Origin: Salinivirgaceae bacterium | Lineage (GTDB): Bacteria > Bacteroidota > Bacteroidia > Bacteroidales > SZUA-534 | Length of the DNA stretch: 64,000 bases | Assembly (NCBI GenBank): GCA_050251815.1 | Contig: JBFWMB010000008.1 | Location: 2,457 to 66,456, forward strand | Reading direction: 5' to 3' | Part shown: positions 60,224 to 64,000 of the stretch, piece after piece | Layout: each line of letters begins with the position of its first letter | Position numbering within the stretch: the stretch's first letter is position 1 | Made by a program: the position numbers and the translations under genes | The notes under the pieces: generated by a model | The model's input: the letters and a program-made list of their open reading frames with translations, nothing else | Database searches by the model: none | Told to the model about the DNA's origin: nothing

Positions 60224-60628
60224 TCAATTCAGCTTCGGTTTCTGCGGTTTATCGTCTAAAGGAATTTCTTTTCGTTGTTCTTCAAAATTCTCCTCCTGTT
60301 TAGCCAGATTCTCGGAAACCTCATCGTAAATTTTCTCAAGAATCCGTGGTTTTTGAGCGTAATGTTTAAACGAATTATCAATTTGTTTTTGGGTTACCCC
60401 ATGCTTTTGCATAATAGCCTGATAATACAACTCTATTTCGGTGGTATCTTTACTTACATTTAACCCAGCAACAGCCAGTGTTGCATCGGCCATGTGCAAA
60501 TCGGCAAGTACCAACGCAAATTTCTCGCGCCCAATTATTTTATCATTGGAGTTTTTAGAACTGCATCCGGCAAAGATTAATACAAATAGAAAAAACCAAA
60601 TTTTCACTCCTATAAAACGCATTAACAA
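60224..60628 (-). CDS. DUF4296-like lipoprotein
   Basis: 134 aa. Lipobox LIFAGCSS and LADLHMADA, as in DUF4296 proteins. Assigned from memory. Confidence 0.55.
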   Translation of the reverse strand: MLMRFIGVKIWFFLFVLIFAGCSSKNSNDKIIGREKFALVLADLHMADATLAVAGLNVSKDTTEIELYYQAIMQKHGVTQKQIDNSFKHYAQKPRILEKIYDEVSENLAKQEENFEEQRKEIPLDDKPQKPKLN

Positions 60629-60656
60629 TTTTTAATTAATTGGTTTAGATAAATTT

Positions 60657-61607
60657 TTAACGAATTTTTCGTCGCGATTTTGATTTGCGGATATCATTAA
60701 ACTTAACACCAATCATAATCTCATGGGACCCATAGGTTGTTTTTGCCAGGGTTGATAAACCAATATCGTAGGAATATCCGATGTTTATCATGTCGTTGTA
60801 ATTGTATCCCAGAAACACAATAATGGATTCCATGTTTTTAAAATTATAACGAACTCCCAGCCCGCCCCAAACCATTTTTTGGTATATGGTGCGAATATTA
60901 ATGTCGGTTATAAAATCGAAATTGGGCGAAGCTTTCATTAATACCGAAGGTTCCAAATCAAAATTCCGGTCAATATTGTATTTATATCCTCCCTGGATGT
61001 TGAAGTAGGGTTTTAAGCGGGCATCGGCTGTGTTGAACCCTTCGTCGTATTCACTTAAAAGCGACATGTTATTAAAAAACAGGTGGCTCATACTTACCCC
61101 AAAAAAGTATTGCGATGTGTAGAGATATACACCCAGCGTTCCATCGGGAATAAACTTATTGGGTGTAGCGTCTAAAAAAACCGGATCTTCAGGCGAGATA
61201 GCCGCCATATCAATTTTTTGCTGGACTACACCGGCCAGTAAACCCATCGACAACCGAATGTCGCCCGATATTTGAATGTTGTAAGCATAAGAACCATACA
61301 TTCCCAGATAAGAAATGGGCCCGACAATGTCGTTAAAAATATAACCTCCATAACCCATCGGCATGGTTTTGTGCGGACCATAAGCACCCAGCATATAAGT
61401 TTGCGGCCCATCGTTTAATCCGGCATACTGTAACCGGTAATTTGAACGAATTTGCCAATAATCGTTGGTTCCACCAATGGCCGGGTTTATGGCATAATCG
61501 TTAAACATGTATTGCGAAAACTGAAACATGGGTTGCGCGTGCCCCACTTGCACAGCAAGCAGGAGCACCCATGCTATTCCGATGTATTTTTTCATTGTAC
61601 GCTTCAT
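60657..61607 (-). CDS. PorP/SprF family T9SS membrane protein
   Basis: 316 aa with a signal peptide, then QPMFQFSQYMFNDYAINPAIGG (PorP/SprF signature). Immediately downstream of a type-B CTD cargo gene. Confidence 0.9.
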   Translation of the reverse strand: MKRTMKKYIGIAWVLLLAVQVGHAQPMFQFSQYMFNDYAINPAIGGTNDYWQIRSNYRLQYAGLNDGPQTYMLGAYGPHKTMPMGYGGYIFNDIVGPISYLGMYGSYAYNIQISGDIRLSMGLLAGVVQQKIDMAAISPEDPVFLDATPNKFIPDGTLGVYLYTSQYFFGVSMSHLFFNNMSLLSEYDEGFNTADARLKPYFNIQGGYKYNIDRNFDLEPSVLMKASPNFDFITDINIRTIYQKMVWGGLGVRYNFKNMESIIVFLGYNYNDMINIGYSYDIGLSTLAKTTYGSHEIMIGVKFNDIRKSKSRRKIR

Positions 61608-61608
61608 A

Positions 61609-63999
61609 TTATCTCAATATTGTTACAGGTCCGGTTAAAGTTTTGCTAACTCCCTGATTATTTCCATAGGTTATCACATAATAGTAAGTGCCCGACGGAA
61701 CAGGATTTCCTTTGGAATTGGTACCATCCCACTTATTATCGCCATCGTAGGCTCCGCTGTGTTCCCAAACTAATCCTCCCCAGCGGTTAAAAATCTGAAC
61801 TTCCACCTCAGCCCAACCGTTGATTCCCGAAATATCCCAGGTATCAAAATTGCCATCCCCATTGGGCGTAAATCCGCTTGAAGCTTCAACACTCGACAAC
61901 ACTTTTAAATTTAAGGTGTCGGAAACTAAACAAACCTGGTTCGAATAGGATGGATTAAAGATTTTTATGGTATCGTAAACTGTAATTATACCTGATTCTC
62001 CGGCTATAAGTGTTGGCGCAATGGTATCGGGTGGTGCTGGTAACCAGGTAGCACCAGCAAAGGCTGAGGTCCAGGTATAACTATGGGTGGTGGTGAATAC
62101 TTCCTCTTTAACATAGCTCACCTCAGGACTGTTGGCAAACAACTTCACTTCGCTGCCGGCAGCCACTATACTATCGCCATCAACTGATGCAATTAAAGGT
62201 TCAATTACATAGCGGCCTACAATAACCGTATCCTCATCGTAACAGTTATTGTTGTATGCGGTAACAAAGAAAATCTTATTGGTTGTTGCTAAAACAGTAA
62301 TCATTGGCCCTGTGGAATCGCCAACTATATAATCGGCGTTACTCCACAGAATAGAATCGGGTTCAACCACACTGGCAAACAATTTCACGGTGTCTCCAGG
62401 ACAGAAATAATCTTCTTTCAGCTGAGAACCAACGATGTAGGCGTCATCAATCCAGATTACAGTTTTTGAAGGCATTATTGTGCTAAAGCTATTTTGGCAA
62501 CCCAGATTGTCGGTAATACGGACAATATGCGAGCCTCCTAAAGCTTGTGTTAAGGTGTCGTTCGCTAATGCCGGATTTTCATCCCAACGGTAACTATAGG
62601 TAATGGTTTCAGTTACTAAGTTTGGAGAAATCTGATCAAAATACCCCATTTTCACATCAACAGCAAGAACTCCATCGCTGGTATTATTATTACAACTAGC
62701 GGTGTCAATAACCTCAAACTCCGGTAACATTTGTGGAGAACGCGATAAATAAACAAAAGGATAAGGTTCACTTAAACATCCCAGTTCATCTTCAATCCGT
62801 ATCTGGTAATCACCCGGACACAGGTTGCTAATACTTGCATCGGTTCCCTCTCGAACTATTTGACCACTTTCTCTGATTATATAATTCCAAACTCCTGCAT
62901 TGCCCCCCTGAATATTGTCGATGGTAATGCCTCCATTACAATCGGTATAACAAAGTAGGGATAAAGTGTCTTTCAATGTAAAGGTTATGGAATCGGGCTG
63001 AGTAAGTTCAATGCTTCTTGAGCGAACACAACCCTCATTGTCTGTTACTGTAACAACATACAAACCAGCATCCAAGCCAGTAATTTCTTGTGTTGTCTGA
63101 CCGCTGTCCCATGCAAAGTTGTAAGGCTCAATACCATTTGATGGATTTACATCAATGCCACCATTGGTCCAGCTAAAACAACGTATTGGAGACAAAACCG
63201 GATCGATAACAAAGGGTGAGTTATCCTCCATACGCACTGTGTCTAGGTAAGTACAACCACTGGCATCGGTAATGGTCACATAATAATCGTCAACCCAAAG
63301 GTTACTCAAGGTAAAACCAGTACTATCGGCCGCAGGATAAGAACCCCAGGATTCATGCGCCCATTCAAAAGTAAATGGAGCCGTTCCTCCCTGAATAAGT
63401 GCTAAATTCACGGTTATTACACCCGATGAATCACTACAATTGGTTGGACTTATTGAATAGTCCGGAATAAAGGGTTCGGGTTGCGTAATTACAATACTAG
63501 CAACCAGGGTATCCAGTTCGCTGCGATTTGTTATGGTCAAGAAATAGGTTCCCGCAACCAGGTTGGTAAGCGAATTTCCTGTTGAGTCATGAGCCGGATA
63601 AGAATCCCAGTTCTCGTTTGCCCAGAAATAGTTGTAGCCGTCAGGATAACCTCCCATTCCCTGAACGGTGATTGCCCCAGAATTATCGCCATAACAACTG
63701 ATGTGCTGTAGCAATAAAGTGTCGTAACGCAAGGGATCGTCCTCAATAAACACGCTGTCAATAACCTCACAAACAGGAGCCGCAGAAGCGTCGGTTACGG
63801 TTAGGTAATACCAACCTTCACATAAATCAGCTATATTATCGGATGTATTATTATCAGCGGTAGACCATAGGTAAGTGTAGGGTTCCGTCCCACCCGAAAC
63901 CACAGCCTCAGCATAACCGTTACAATCTTCGCCTCCCTGGCTGATATCGTTAAAATGAGTAATCTTAACTTTTAGGGCATCCTCATCAGTAATGGTCAC
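61609..63999 (-). CDS. SprB-repeat adhesin-like protein with a T9SS type-B C-terminal domain (5' end outside window)
   Basis: At least 796 aa. Repeated CNG/CYG...GGT.PY.Y.W modules (SprB repeats). C-terminus GFTPNGDGNFDTWDI...FNRWGGLVWE...WDGTN..G...PSGTYYYVI is the gliding-motility CTD. Confidence 0.88.
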   Translation of the reverse strand: MTITDEDALKVKITHFNDISQGGEDCNGYAEAVVSGGTEPYTYLWSTADNNTSDNIADLCEGWYYLTVTDASAAPVCEVIDSVFIEDDPLRYDTLLLQHISCYGDNSGAITVQGMGGYPDGYNYFWANENWDSYPAHDSTGNSLTNLVAGTYFLTITNRSELDTLVASIVITQPEPFIPDYSISPTNCSDSSGVITVNLALIQGGTAPFTFEWAHESWGSYPAADSTGFTLSNLWVDDYYVTITDASGCTYLDTVRMEDNSPFVIDPVLSPIRCFSWTNGGIDVNPSNGIEPYNFAWDSGQTTQEITGLDAGLYVVTVTDNEGCVRSRSIELTQPDSITFTLKDTLSLLCYTDCNGGITIDNIQGGNAGVWNYIIRESGQIVREGTDASISNLCPGDYQIRIEDELGCLSEPYPFVYLSRSPQMLPEFEVIDTASCNNNTSDGVLAVDVKMGYFDQISPNLVTETITYSYRWDENPALANDTLTQALGGSHIVRITDNLGCQNSFSTIMPSKTVIWIDDAYIVGSQLKEDYFCPGDTVKLFASVVEPDSILWSNADYIVGDSTGPMITVLATTNKIFFVTAYNNNCYDEDTVIVGRYVIEPLIASVDGDSIVAAGSEVKLFANSPEVSYVKEEVFTTTHSYTWTSAFAGATWLPAPPDTIAPTLIAGESGIITVYDTIKIFNPSYSNQVCLVSDTLNLKVLSSVEASSGFTPNGDGNFDTWDISGINGWAEVEVQIFNRWGGLVWEHSGAYDGDNKWDGTNSKGNPVPSGTYYYVITYGNNQGVSKTLTGPVTILR

Positions 64000-64000
64000 A

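Overview
This window looks like a Bacteroidota chromosomal segment. The evidence is T9SS type-A and type-B C-terminal sorting domains, a PorP/SprF gene, DUF3098, DUF4834 and DUF4296 genes, TAnnTTTG -7 promoter motifs and no Shine-Dalgarno sequences. It is mostly housekeeping. It carries ahcY, an S41 protease, dCMP deaminase, tRNA-Leu(CAA), glyQS and zupT. It also carries queA-truB-uppP-DUF3098-ftsX, a YfhO-like membrane protein and a five-gene glycan cassette (GT4, wecB, GT4, an HprK-like P-loop protein, a Wzx flippase). Further genes are the rimP-nusA-infB operon, an HD hydrolase, lpxD, a TetR regulator, rnr, rpoN, asnS and cysS. A long methionine operon starts with a SAM-I riboswitch and runs metY-metX-hom-[GxxExxY cassette]-metH-metF. 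The window ends with a SulP transporter, queG, ruvB and a PorP/SprF gene paired with a truncated SprB-repeat T9SS type-B cargo gene. The unusual content is non-coding. (1) A 504-bp array keeps a strict 21-bp phase over 24 periods and switches core motif partway. (2) A ~600-bp array of 41-bp hairpin-bearing units lies upstream of the SAM riboswitch. (3) A GxxExxY (PD-(D/E)XK) gene sits inside the met operon, flanked by ~100-bp structured direct repeats that share words with array 2. (4) A 38-codon leader ORF ending in Cys-Met overlaps a terminator-like hairpin between the riboswitch and metY. All product calls come from motifs recognised by eye. No database search or RNA folding was possible.
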